NCBI GenBank assembly: GCA_964016885.1 | Contig: OZ024743.1 | Coordinates: 59,086,001 to 59,150,000 of the forward strand | Source of the DNA: Eledone cirrhosa | Lineage: Eukaryota | Direction: 5' to 3' | DNA: 64,000 nucleotides | In this document: piece after piece, positions 36,559-48,857 of the stretch | Layout of the letters: each line of letters starts with the position of its first letter | Numbering within the stretch: position 1 is the first letter of the stretch | The notes under the pieces: generated by a model | What the model saw: the letters and a program-made list of their open reading frames with translations, nothing else | What the model was told of the DNA's origin: nothing | Databases searched by the model: none | Translations under genes and position numbers: made by a program

Positions 36559-39500
36559 GAGTCTGAACGGACATTCTTTTTGCTCGCTCCCGTAAGATTA
36601 TTTACCTTTCAAATCTTATTTATTGAATTTTTTGTTGTTGTGTAAGGCATACAAGACCTTGAACTTTGCCCTGTGAAGGGTAAAGAATAATATTTGGGCC
36701 TTTTGGCCCAAATATTGTAAATCTTTTCCATAAAAAAAAAATGATTGAAAAATTAAAAAAAACATGACTGAGCCACGCCCGTAGTGATATGTCTGCTGTC
36801 GTGCGATAACGACGTAGAGGTTGAGAGGAGCGCTACGGCGAAATTAACAGAAATTGATACAACAAACACCACCACAAACAATGTGAACAAAGAAATCAAT
36901 GATAACAACACTGAGAACTCTAATGTTGAAAAAAAATGACAGTAACAGCGACAAGGAAAATACAGATGACAGAAATAATGACAAATGCAACAACAATATC
37001 AACACCACTAACATGAAAACAAATAGCGACAACACCAACAGCAACAATACCAACTGCACTGAGAATAACGGCAGCACCAAAGACAACAATGATAACAGCG
37101 ACAGTGATAACAACAACACCAACAAGAACAACGTCAACAACAACACCCCCAACGACACTAATAAGAACACTTTCGCTGCGGCAGCTGCAAAAAAGAGGCC
37201 ATGCATCAACATGGACCTCTCAAACAAAGATGAAAGTTGGCCCAGGCACAGGCCTGGAAGCTCATCTAGCAAGAGAAACCTAGGCCAACTTAACTGTCCC
37301 GATAGAAGCTATTGAGGCAATGATGCGCAGAACGGTGCATTATAGATGCATCTCAGCACAAACCAAAAGGGCAGCTTTAATTGTGGAAGTCGCACTGAGA
37401 TGCATCAAAGATGACACCGAATACATGGCGGAGGGCAGACACTACGGCACCATTTCGGTGCTGTTCAAGTCAGAAGCCCTCGCTATAAAACATGCTATGA
37501 CTCTTTGCAAAACCAGCAAGGTCATGGGAAAAATAATGGCCCGTCTTCGCATTCCCAGAATCCCACCAGGACTTGACATGTGGTGGCTTCTGGGATGTGT
37601 GATTGTGGAGGGGACGGATACCGTCCCGATAGAAGTAACAAGAACGGCCAGGAAGGACTGGTCCTAGGTTGACCTGGAGATACTTCTCCAGATCAGGCCC
37701 GAGAATGTGAAGACAATTCCGGACCACATCCACCTTCAGAATGGGACGGTCATTCATATTATGACCGAGGGTAAAATGTCGCATTTTTTATTTGTGGGGA
37801 AAAAACCCATTTGCGAGCCTTCTGTCCTCAACTGCTGAAAGATGCAACATTGACCACCCAGGAGGGAAACGAGGAAAGTTGTCAAATTCCCCCTCACCCC
37901 CAAAATACACACATCAATAAAAACATAAACACACACACAGACACACTTACAAACACAGACCCCTCATCTACCAGTAGTGAAGATGAAGGAAAACCAAAAT
38001 CCCCCAAAATACAAAAAATGAAACACAAAAAGGAAAAAAAAATCAACAAAGCACAAAATCACCAACAATAAAAAATGCAGACACCACTCACGCAAACATC
38101 GCTCCAATAACACCAACATCAACACCAACATCAACACCACCATCACCATCACCAGAATCCCCCAAACGCAAACAACCCAAACAGACGCAAGAACAAATAT
38201 ACACACAAACATCTGAAACCACAGACACCGCACTACAACTAACACAGACACAGCCGAAACAACACCACCAAAACCATCACCACCACAGCCACGCAAACAA
38301 ATAAAATCACACCAACAAAACATACAAAACTTCGTGCTCGTCAGGAAAGGCAACAAGGAACTGATGGCCCTCGTAGCACGAAGTCAAAATAAACAAAAAG
38401 AGGGGGAATTTTTTAAATCGAGCACATTTCGTGTGCCGGAAGATTTGTTTCTGGTGCGAATGTCGCTCGATTTATACAAAGAGATACGAGACATCTTTCG
38501 TCGGGACGTGGGAACCCCGAACGTAAAACCCACTTCAAGACTTTTAAAGAGGTTCCCAAAAGATACCCCAGCAACTATGGATGTCGAACCACCAGACCTT
38601 CACAAGAACCCGGAAGGTAAGTAAACCTTTCCTCTCTCTCTTTTAACCTGCCAACATGGCCGTATTAAGAGTAGTAAGTTTAAATGTTCGAGGCCTGGGA
38701 TCGTCCTGGAAGTAGGGTCACCTGCTCAACGACCTCAGGTCTCTAAAAATGGATGTAATTGCCGTCAGCGAAACCAAGATTTCTGACACGCGCGCACTAG
38801 CCACCATTTTCGACGACTATCAGATCTTTGCAACTGTTAGTCGGCCGGGAATGGGAGGTTGGGTGGCTGTGTTGTTTAGGAAAGGCCTGGATCTCAAGGT
38901 AAGGTCAATCTTCCGAGACCAGGTTCCGCTGGTGAGGCGGTCGATCTGCTGCCAGCACCCTCTACGTGGGGGGCTTGGCATGCTGTGGCTAATGATGCGC
39001 AGACACGCGCTGAAGCTGCGCCATCTACAGATATTCTGCCTAAACGGTGAACAGGTGTGGTCACCGTTTGTCAGACGGGCCTTCGCAGCTCGTCTGTGAC
39101 TGAACTGCAGTCCTGGGTCAAGAAGAGACCGAGACTGGGTGAGTTGCATCTGGAATGTTGCCAGGCACTCACTGCCCTCTACCAGGCGGGCAATGCTGTT
39201 AGTGGAAATCGGAGAGGATCTGGGAGTCGACGAAGTGGAACTAACCAGTCTGTTCCGGTGGACTTTCGAGCCGGGGACGATGGATAATTTCCCAAAATCC
39301 CTCGCTTCGCAGTGCTACCGGGGGGCACTGCCGGTTCGAGATAAACTGTACAGGCACGGAAGTGCTGTCAGACGGACCTGCCCAAGATGCGCGCAGAGTG
39401 ACGAAACCGTTCTGCACGCACTCGTCCAGTATCCGTGCATTACTGACTTGTGGAGTTATGTCGAACAGCTGTTGTCGCGTGTAGAACGGATCCATCTATC

Positions 39501-39795
39501 GGCCGAGTCCATAGTAAAGATCGACCCGCCACCTTCTTTTGACCAGGAAGGGCAGAAAATGTTTCTCTGTCTGCTGGCAGTAGCGAAAGAGGTTGTATGG
39601 TGGAAGTTCCGGATTGGTGGTATACCTGAGTGAAACCTTGGTGGTCATCCACCCGTATTCGGGAATTTTTCTGGTATTTTTCTTGTTCTTTGTTATTTTA
39701 TTTATATTGTTTACACGTTCTTTATGTAATCCCCACTGTCCCAGTCTTTTGTATTGTCCCCTATATGCCGGCCCTTATGGCTAATAAATGACATC
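36559..39795 (+). mobile_element. Tx1 LINE copy 3, internally deleted
   Basis: 5'UTR and frameshifted ORF1 (36764-38624); ORF2 jumps from ..SIFRD to QVPLVRR at about 38919, losing about 2.2 kb including RT; 3' end with AATAAA at 39783. Confidence 0.92.
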
Positions 39796-39800
39796 ATTAT

Positions 39801-39962
39801 TGGCAGTATCGGTGGAGGGTCGGATATGCTTTCCAGCATAGTTACGTCCCTTTAGGATCTGAGTTCAAATTCCTCCGAGATTAACTTTGCCTTTCATCCA
39901 TACAGAGGTCGTTAAAATAAAGTACCAGTAATGTACTGGCCCTTGTGCCAAAGGTAGAAACA
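39801..39962 (+). mobile_element. tRNA/Deu-Nin SINE in the ATT tail of Tx1 copy 3
   Basis: A box, B box, central domain, tail GGCCCTTGTGCCAAAGGTAGAAAC followed by (ATT)n. Confidence 0.9.
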
Positions 39963-39982
39963 ATTATTATTATTATTATTAT

Positions 39983-42915
39983 TTTTATTTTCTTCCATTA
40001 TTGTTTCTGAGATATATGCCGAGTGTCTTCCCGACACCTTGGGCAAATAAAATCACAGTGTGCATTGATAAGCGAGTTAATACAGCACATTGATTATAAT
40101 AAAAAAAAAACAAAAAAAAGTATACATATATATATACATGTGCATATGTATATGTAAATACAAGGAGGGTTATCAATCTTACAGAGATAGTGCTCTTCTC
40201 AATACATATGCAGTACCAGTCAAAACAATTTTTTGCATCTCGTGCAGAGAGGGCAGACCAGGAATCCTTCACAAATATTGTTCTGTTCCTTTCTTGATCA
40301 TACCCAGCCTCCCACAATCATTGGTATTGTAACGGCCTTCAGGTGCCACATTTTTTCAATTTCAATAAGGAGATCTTTATATTTTCGTAGCTTGTCAAAC
40401 TCTTTTACCGCGATATTGCGATCACATGGGATGCTCTTATCCATCAACAAACAGACCTTGTTATGTTGATCTTTTTTAATGATGTCAGGTCTATTTGCTT
40501 TTATGGTCCTGTCAGCATGTACAGGAAAGTCACAGAGAATTGTTACTTTTTCACATTCAGTCACAACCTCAGCGTGATGGCGGTACTACTTGTCTTCAGC
40601 TTTGATTTTGTAATGCCAACATATTACCCAGTGTAGATATTGGCTAAATCTGTCATGTCTATATTTGTATTCTACTGGTGCTAAAACTTTACATCCAGAG
40701 ACTAAATGATGCACTGTTTCAACCCCAGCATTGCAGAATAAGCACTTTGGGTTTATTCCGTTTCTCATCACATTGGCCTGGTAATTACGAGTCAATAAGC
40801 TTTCATCTTGGGCAGCTAAGATGAGGCCTTCACTCTCTGCCTTTAGCCTTGAACTAAGTCGCCACTGATGCGTGTGTTTTGGTCAACATAAGCTTGTTTG
40901 CTACGGGCCACATATTTGACATGCAGAGGTTTCTGCCCTCAATTTGATGCTAATTGTCCTTGCCCTTTTGCTTTTACCAGTCATTTGATGTGCCTAGCAG
41001 CATCAGTTGCATCAGTTTCTTTAGTCTGTCCAGCCTGGGTATCAAGCATGAGATCAGTAGCATATTTCTTCCTCTCCTTCAAGATAGAATGAAGTTTCTT
41101 ACTTCTCTCATGCTTTTCAACAAGTTTCAGCATACAGTCGTTAGTTGTTTCAAGGTATTTGGCCAGTCCAATGATGGTGGTCTTGTAAGCAAGTTCAAAT
41201 TGGATCAGGCCACGGGCTCCCTGAGTTCTGGGAAGGTAAAGACGATCCACATCTGCTATTCGGTGGTGCATCCTATTACAGGTCAGTAGCTTACGGACTT
41301 CGGTGTCAATTCTTTTGATTTCACTCAGATTCCAGTTCAACACACTGAAGTTATAAGTGAAACTCTGACTGCCAAGTAATTTATGGCTTGCACTTTGTTA
41401 CGAGCGTTTAGTGCTGATCTCAGAACTGCACGTACTCTCCTGTAACATTCTTTCCGTATCCTCTCTTTCATACTTGCATGCTATATGCCCTCATTAATCC
41501 CTAAGTATTTATAGGTTTGTTCCTGCTCAAGTTCCTTTATGAGCGTTTCAGCATCCAATTCAACTGAGTCTGGGTTGACAAGCTTCCTCTTCTTGAAAGT
41601 GGCTTTTGCACACTTGTCAAGTCCAAACTCCATCCTGATGTCATCGCTAAACGTTTTTACTGTCCGCAAAAGGCCTTCCATTTCGTCATTATCTTTGCAA
41701 TATAGCTTCAATTCATCCATATAAAATAGGTGGCATATTTTTTTGTTGTCAATTATATAACCGTACTCTGTTCTATTAAGCTCGGATGTAAGGGGTATTA
41801 AAGCTATGCAGAAAAGCAAGGGTGAAAGTGAGTCACGCTGGAATATACCATAGTTGATGTTTATATTCCCAGAGCACAGTACCCCAGTGGAATGAGACAA
41901 TTGGACATGTGTGTTCCATAATGACATATTGTGCTTCAGGAAGTTTGAGATCACAGGTGAGATTTTGTAGATGTCCAGTGATTTCAGAATCCATGAGTGT
42001 CGTATGCTATCAAAGGCATTTTTATAATCCATCCATGCAGAACTGAGATGTCTGTGTTTATTATGAGAGCTCTCAAGGATCATACGATTAATCAAAATTT
42101 CATTTTGCAACCATATGAATCTCGTCGGCACACTTTTTGTTTAATGGAGAAGAGATTGTTCCCCTCCAAAAACACGTATGCTTTTTCCAATAGAATAGAG
42201 GTTTATAGTTTATAAGTGGTGGACAAGCAGGTTACGGGCCGATAGGTTTTTGGATCATTGGTTTCGTTGTTCTTTGGTAGAAGGAAGGTAATGCCACTTG
42301 CTATCCAATCAGGTGTACTTTTTGATATCTTTCATAATTCCATTAAACAGCTTGACCAATATATTGTGCGTGCACGGAAATGCGGAAAGCCAGAAATTTG
42401 GCACCGTGTCTCTACCAGGAGATTTCCATTTATGAGATTTATTGAGTGCCGTCCTTAAGTCCGCTATAGAGATGTCTTCCCACACCTGTTCTTCTAAATT
42501 TGTGTAGGATTTTTCCAGGCGACTAATCCAATTACATTAGTATTATATGGCTTCTCATCACTCAAAATCTTACTCCAGAAGTTTTCAACTTCTTCTATGA
42601 TTATTTCTTTCTTCCCTACTTCTCTATAAAATGACTTTGCATTGGATAAGAACAACTTATTTTTCCTGTAGACGTTGTTTCGTTCCTCGAATCTACGAAT
42701 TCGTTGGGCTTTTACTTGCACTTTTTGTTTCAGAGATACTTTTGTTGAAACTATTGCTTCTCTAGAAGACAGTCCATATTTTCTCTTTAGTTTTCTTACC
42801 TTCTTGGATCTTATATCATTTCCAGCGGTTAACTCACTGAATAAAGATATTTCTCCTCTCATTACGTCAATCTCCTTTTCGATTCTACTCCTCAAAATTG
42901 GTTTACCTCGAAGGT
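39983..42915 (-). mobile_element. R4/Dong family A, 5'-truncated, degenerate
   Basis: MDYKNAFDS, IFQRDSLSP, FYMDELK, CLFC..H...[11 protein letters not shown]; its 3'UTR matches 18562-18780. Confidence 0.92.
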
Positions 42916-42959
42916 TCGAATTTTTTTATTATTATGATTATAGATTATTATCGATTATT

Positions 42960-45900
42960 GAAGGTGAAGCCATGCTTCTTATTGCTTCCAGTTTTTTTCA
43001 ACAGTTTACCTCGTTTTCCACCGTTCTAAACCTTTTATTCAAGTTTTAAACTTAATAAAAGTTTAGAAGTGACACACCCAATACAGATGTTCACTCGAAA
43101 ATAATACGGCACCCCTTTACGGGGTGTCGTATTGTGTAAAAATATTATTTGAAAAAAAAAATTTCTTCCAACATGGATAACACAAGAAAGAGACTGAGCA
43201 CTGTCAGACAACACAGAGAGAGGGAGAATGTTTCAGCATGTCAACAAGACAGCGTTCCAGCGAAGATAAATTTAAAAGAAAATATTACGAAGGAAAAGAG
43301 CAACAATAGCATTTTTAATGATATTGTTCCAGATTTAAAATCAACAAATATTTCTTACACAAACAACACCAACAATAACACCAACAACAACACCATCAAT
43401 AACAACAGCAACAACAAAAATAATAGCGGTAAGTTCGAGAACGACAATAACAAAAATAACAGCGGTAAGGTCGAGATCGACAATAACGATGACAATAACA
43501 ACAACCACAACAACAATAATAGTAGGAACAGTATCAACAAAAACAACGATATTAACAACAGCCACAATAACAATAACAACAGCAACAGTATCAACGAAAA
43601 CAACAACAACAACACCAACAACTGTACCAACGAAAACAACAACAATGACACCGATACCTGTAATAGCAATCTCAGCACCACCAGTAAGACCAGTAGCGGC
43701 AGCAATAGTGGTGCTGCTGAAAAAGGGACCGCTTCCTTTGCAGGTGTCGCCCGAAATATCGAAACGGTGTTAGTCACAGAGGAGGAGATGGCAGTGGTAA
43801 GGGCCAATAGAGTCTCCCTGAAACCGCCACCCGACTTTTTCAAGGACCAGAAGCTACAGACGGTGACTTACCGCACTGTAAGCAAATTCCCACATCGGGT
43901 GGAGAGAGCCACGGAGGCTCAAATCCAAAAGGCCTTGGGGTGCGTCTGGGCACGCAATACCCACATCACCCGAGGCAGAAAGTACGCCACAGTAGACGTA
44001 TTTTCGCCATCCTCCAAGAAGCGAAGTCTCACTCTTTGAAAACCCTAAAGAGTGAGGAGATAGTCTTGGTGCCCTCCTACTACGGACAGACAATTGTAAG
44101 AGTCAGACTGACCCAGGTCCCACGCGACGTGCCCATACCTTGGCTGGCCGCTTCTTTCCTTGCTGGAATCGAGGACAGGACGACCATGCTGCAAGTAGAG
44201 AAAAAAGGGAGAGATAACTCGTCAGGTATAGGCATAAAATGCTTATACAAACTGACCAGGGATGTATCGACGCTATCCCTGATATCATAGACCTCGAGGA
44301 AGGGCTCCAACTCCCTATAAGCGTAGAAGGAAGACGGCCACAATGTTATCTCTGTGGGTCAAAGGGTCACCTCAGGGCTTTTTGCCCGCAGAAGACAGCG
44401 AAGAAGAAGGCCCCTCTCCTTCCAATACCTGGTCCGCTGCTACCAAGAGCAGGGCAGGCAACAAACGCAGAAGCCCCTTCCACGGTGAGTAGGAGGGCAA
44501 CATCCGTGGCACCCGTACCAAGGCCACGGACAACTAAAGCAGCAGCACGCTTGGCGGCAACACCAGCAGCTACATTTGCAGTAGCTGCACCAGCAACAAC
44601 ATTGCCGGAGAGGGCTCCACTACCACACCCAACAGCCGTGGAGCATATACCCCTCTCAGACGCCATGGAATCCGACATGGGGTTTGAGGAGGGAGTGAAG
44701 TGGCAAACGGTCTGCCACAAAAAAAAGAAAAGTGAAAAAAACTCTTAGCTTCATTCTCCAAAAGCGAAGGCACACAAAGACGGGTAAAGGCTGCAAGGAG
44801 ACTTGCAGCAACACCACCACCAACACCATCACCACTACAAGCACCACTGCCAACAACAACCACACCACCACCAGCATCACCCAAAACATCAACAACACAA
44901 ACACAACAAAACACACACACCAAACAGCAACAAGAAGAAAGCAGCAACAAAATCACCCCTCACCCCAAAAAGTACACAGCCATAAACATGGCAAATAAAA
45001 AACTCATACAATATATAAAGCAGCACACAGACATCACAGAAAAAACTACTACACTCCACCCATACCAAGAACTCTCCCGACAAACATAAGCATAATTGAT
45101 ATCAAAATAGAACAGTATGAACTTTTAAAACAAAAATTCCCCAACGCAGCTGGAGACATCAGACGGTCGGTTACCAAGAGGATATACACTGACATCTTCT
45201 TGGAAACACCCATGGCCAGCCAAAGGGAAGGTTCTACTGTCCATTCACCACACGATCAAGGTAAGTGGCCCTTTCTCACTTGCCTCGTTTCTCATCCAAC
45301 ATGGCCGTACTCAGAATAGGAAGTATAAATGCACGTGGCCTGGGGTCATCTTAGAAGTAGGGCTACCTGCTCAACGACCTCAGGTCACTAAAAATAGATG
45401 TGGTAGCCATCAGCGAGACCAGAATCTCCGAAGCACGAGCCTTCGCACCGAGCTTCGGCGGCTACGATGTATACACATCTTCAAGCCGTCCAGGATCGAG
45501 GGGAGGGTTTTCCGTCCTTTTTATGAGAGGCTTGGATTTCGCTATACGGGCCATCTTCCTAGACCCAGAAGGTAAGTCGTTGGTGCTAGACGTGACCGGC
45601 AGCGAAGGCAATGCTTTCTGACTAGGAGCCGTCTACGCCCCAACTGGGACAGGACGGCCAGATTTCTTCAGACGTCTAGAGACCCTCTTGAAGCGGGCGT
45701 TGACGAGAGCGGTCTTCAACAGCAGGTGCTTTTTGCCTTGTAAAAGGCCAATTAAAGTGGAGTCGATTAGGTTTAGCAAAGGACTAGTGATAGAGGAAAA
45801 TAGAGTAGAGAGAGAGCTAGTCAGAAAGTTAGAAGAGGCGTTTAGGACAGGCATCGCAACCGACGTGCTTGCGACGAGATTGTCACTCGACCAATTCTTC

Positions 45901-47565
45901 AACTCAAAAACACGAAGCTGCATCGTCAGAGCCAGAGCGCATGCTCTGAAACACGAGGGGACAACAGCCGTCCAATGGGCCCGGGTAGCAGAGGCGCGAC
46001 GTGGCAACAAAGCCACAATTCGATCTTTGTCTGACCTAAACGGGTGCGAGTTGCTCGAACCGGAGCAGATGTGTGAAGCTATTCATCAGCACTTTGCTGA
46101 ACTGTTCGGGAGCAGCGGCGGGCCGGATCGGGGCATGGACTTAAATGCATACCTCGACGGACTGCCTAGGCTCTCGACGACAGCAGCACTGTTGCGAAAA
46201 GCCAACAACAGACGGTGAAATACGGGAAGCGATGGCTAACTACACGAGGGGTAAATCGCCATGTTTGGATGGTCTGCCCTACGAGCTTTATGCATTTATG
46301 CCAGACTTGTTCGATGACCTCTTGGCAGACGTCTACTGCAACTGGCAGCAGAACGAGAGCATTCCCAGTTTTGTGAGCCGGGGAGTGGTGGAGCTTCTGA
46401 GAAAAGACCCGATCAAGGGGGATGTTATCGATAATTTCAGGCCCATAACTCTGCTAAGTGCAGAGTTCAAGATTTTGGCCAAGGTGTTAGCAACGAGGTT
46501 GGCGCTTGTCGTCAAGGGTCTGGTGGGAGAGGCGCAGACATGCGCCATTCCGGACAGATCCATACACAACAACCTCCACCTCATGCGATACATTATAGAG
46601 AGGGTGGTTAAGGAACCTTGCACGGGAGGTGCCATGATCAACTTGGATCAATCCAAAGCATTCGATAGGGTCGACCATTGGTACATGGCGGGGTTCCTCG
46701 AGGCAGCCGGTTTCGGGCCCGTTTTCAGGGGTTGGATTGCTGCGATGTACAGCGACATCTGCTCAGTTGTGAGAGTGAACGGTCATCTGTTGCAGCCGCT
46801 CAGAATCATGCGCTAGGTCCGTCAGGGTTGTCTCCTCTCGTCCCTCTTGTACGTATTGGCTCTCGAGCCGTTACTGCTCAAATTGGGGGCGATGAGGGAC
46901 GTCCCACGCGAACTAGGATGCGGAAAATCCGAATCGACTTACGCCGACGATATCACAGTGGTGCTGTCGAGCACCAGACACATCCAGATGCTCGACACGG
47001 CTCTCAAGGAATACACAGCGGTGAAAGGAGCAAGGATAAACCAGGAAAAGTCGGTAGGCTTGTAGCTCGGCACCTGGAGAGGCAAGTCCATGCTGTCCGA
47101 CAGCGTCATGGGGATTTGGACGGACGTACCGGTTAAATTTCTTGAGGTCTGGTTCGGACCGGACCTCCAAAGGGAGAAAAACTGGAGCGAGGTGACGAGC
47201 AAGTTGTCCTCTCTCACCCAGAAATGGACCGAGAGGAATCTGTCCCTGAAAGGCCGGGCGGAGGTGGCGAATGCGTACATCGCATCCGTCGTCTGCTACC
47301 GCCTCACCGCCGTCCCTTGCCCCGGCCCAACTCTCACCAAAATGGAGCGACACCTCTTCCGCTTTTTGTGGAAGGGAGGCGCTCCCATGGTCAGACGATC
47401 CATCTGCTGTCAACACCGTTGCGTGGAGGACTGGGCATGCCCTGGCTAATGATGCGCAAACATGATCGGAGGCTGAGAGATATCTGGTGCTTTCTTGACT
47501 GTCAACAGGTGTGGTCACCGTTCGCCAGGCACGTTTTACCACATCTCGTCTCCTTGACGACTGAC
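42960..47565 (+). mobile_element. Tx1 LINE copy 4 (family B), degenerate, internally deleted and 3'-truncated
   Basis: ORF1 from 43173 (Asn-rich, SFAGVA, CYLCGSKGHLRAFC); ORF2 from 45301 with a deletion near 45690, YADD at about 46940; degenerate ATT tract upstream. Confidence 0.9.
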
Positions 47566-47715
47566 AGGAAGGTATTTGGTGCTGATGACAGCTAATAAAG
47601 TAGAAACTACTTCATCGTTCCTTTGTATATATATATATATATGTGTGCATGCATGTTTGTATGTATATACATACTAATGTACGTCTCTATACATATATGT
47701 ATGTACGTATACATA

Positions 47716-47757
<42 letters not shown>

Positions 47758-47761
47758 TATA

Positions 47762-48046
47762 TATTAGAAATGTAAGCTATCGCCGTATTTTGACTAAAGA
47801 AATTAAAGAAATTATTTAGCCTGATAGTGTGGTTAAGAACCCTCGGAGAAATGGAAAAAGATGAGTATTGACGTACAAGGGAGTCGAAGCTACATATTTG
47901 GTTATCCGGACCACTGTGTAACCATTTACACCAACACATCATCCGTCTTTTGCCAATAATTTCATAATTTCTTTAGTCAAAATACGGCGATAGCTTATAT
48001 TTCTAATAATTTCAAACCCACTCGCTATTTCGAAAATATTCTTACT

Positions 48047-48049
<3 letters not shown>
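47762..48049. mobile_element. MITE-like or fold-back element with about 55-bp inverted repeats enclosing a tRNA-like sequence, inserted in (TA)n
   Basis: tattagaaat.taagctatcgccgtattttgactaaagaaatta.gaaattatt (47762-47816) is inverted at about 47955-48008. Confidence 0.75.
47869..47940 (-). pseudogene. Degenerate tRNA-like sequence (72 nt)
   Basis: Acceptor GATGTGT/GTACGTC-A, D stem GTGT/ACAC with TGG loop, anticodon stem TGGT/ACCA with 7-nt loop, TTCGACT loop; the T stem is broken. Confidence 0.55.
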
Positions 48050-48084
<35 letters not shown>

Positions 48085-48290
48085 AAGATATTATTTATAG
48101 TTATGTATATACTATATATAAATAACTATAAACAGGAAAGGTCAGTAATTTATTACTACATTATTACTAGTAAGAGAAGTAGCTCAATGTAAGAACGTTG
48201 ATAATGCTCCGATGACCCCAAACTAAAGTTTAGAAGAAACAATTGTCAGCGATTAAATAATTGGAACATAACTTTGATACTTGTGCAATT

Positions 48291-48326
<36 letters not shown>

Positions 48327-48476
48327 CACGGGTGTGTATGATTGTGTATTGAAGATTATATTAATAAAAGGAATTCCAACTTTGTCTGATTTATTCGTTT
48401 TATTTACAATCCTTTAAACTTTATAATGGTATGAGAATGAAATAGTATGGTAGAATATTAAATCTTAAGTGTTAAT

Positions 48477-48515
48477 TGAACAAGTACTTTCATGCTTTCG
48501 CAATCTTCAGGTTCA
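48477..48515 (-). ncRNA. Minimal hammerhead ribozyme motif (left arm)
   Basis: TGAAC-CTGAAGA-T-TGC(GAAA)GCA-T-GAA-AGTACT-T-GTTCA: 5-bp stem I, palindromic stem III, U.U at the base of stem II. Confidence 0.65.
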
Positions 48516-48599
48516 TATTCTAAGGTGACAGTCAAATTTGCAATTTTCAACTGTGAATTTTCAGTTGAAAATTGCAAACTTGACTGTCACCACAGAATA

Positions 48600-48638
48600 T
48601 GTACCTGAAGATTGCGAAAGCATGAAAGTACTTGTTCA
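48600..48638 (+). ncRNA. Minimal hammerhead ribozyme motif (right arm)
   Basis: Same as the left arm with one stem I mismatch (TGTAC/GTTCA). Confidence 0.6.
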
Positions 48639-48749
48639 ATTAACACTTAACATTTAATATTCTACCATACTATTTCATTCTAATACCATTATACATTTTA
48701 AAGGATTGTAAATAAAACGAGTAATCAGACAAAGTTGGAATTCCTTTTA

Positions 48750-48839
<90 letters not shown>

Positions 48840-48857
48840 TATATGTATATACATATA

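Larger units (their letters stand above)
48358..48756. mobile_element. Palindrome of about 400 bp: head-to-head PLE pLTR-like arms, each with a hammerhead motif
   Basis: Arms of about 195 bp are near-perfect reverse complements around about 48557; each arm reads outward through a hammerhead motif and AATAAA; the right arm runs into (TA)n. Confidence 0.85.

Noticed and set aside
38910-38930. ORF2 deletion in copy 3 as a spliced retrocopy
   Set aside because: The breakpoints do not coincide with the conserved donor; short GGGAC-like microhomology suggests an ordinary deletion or template switch.
12718-47565. Unistrand piRNA-cluster (flamenco-like) explanation of the orientation bias
   Set aside because: The two clades point in opposite directions and both flip with the repeat strand, which fits target polarity better than selection for antisense orientation.
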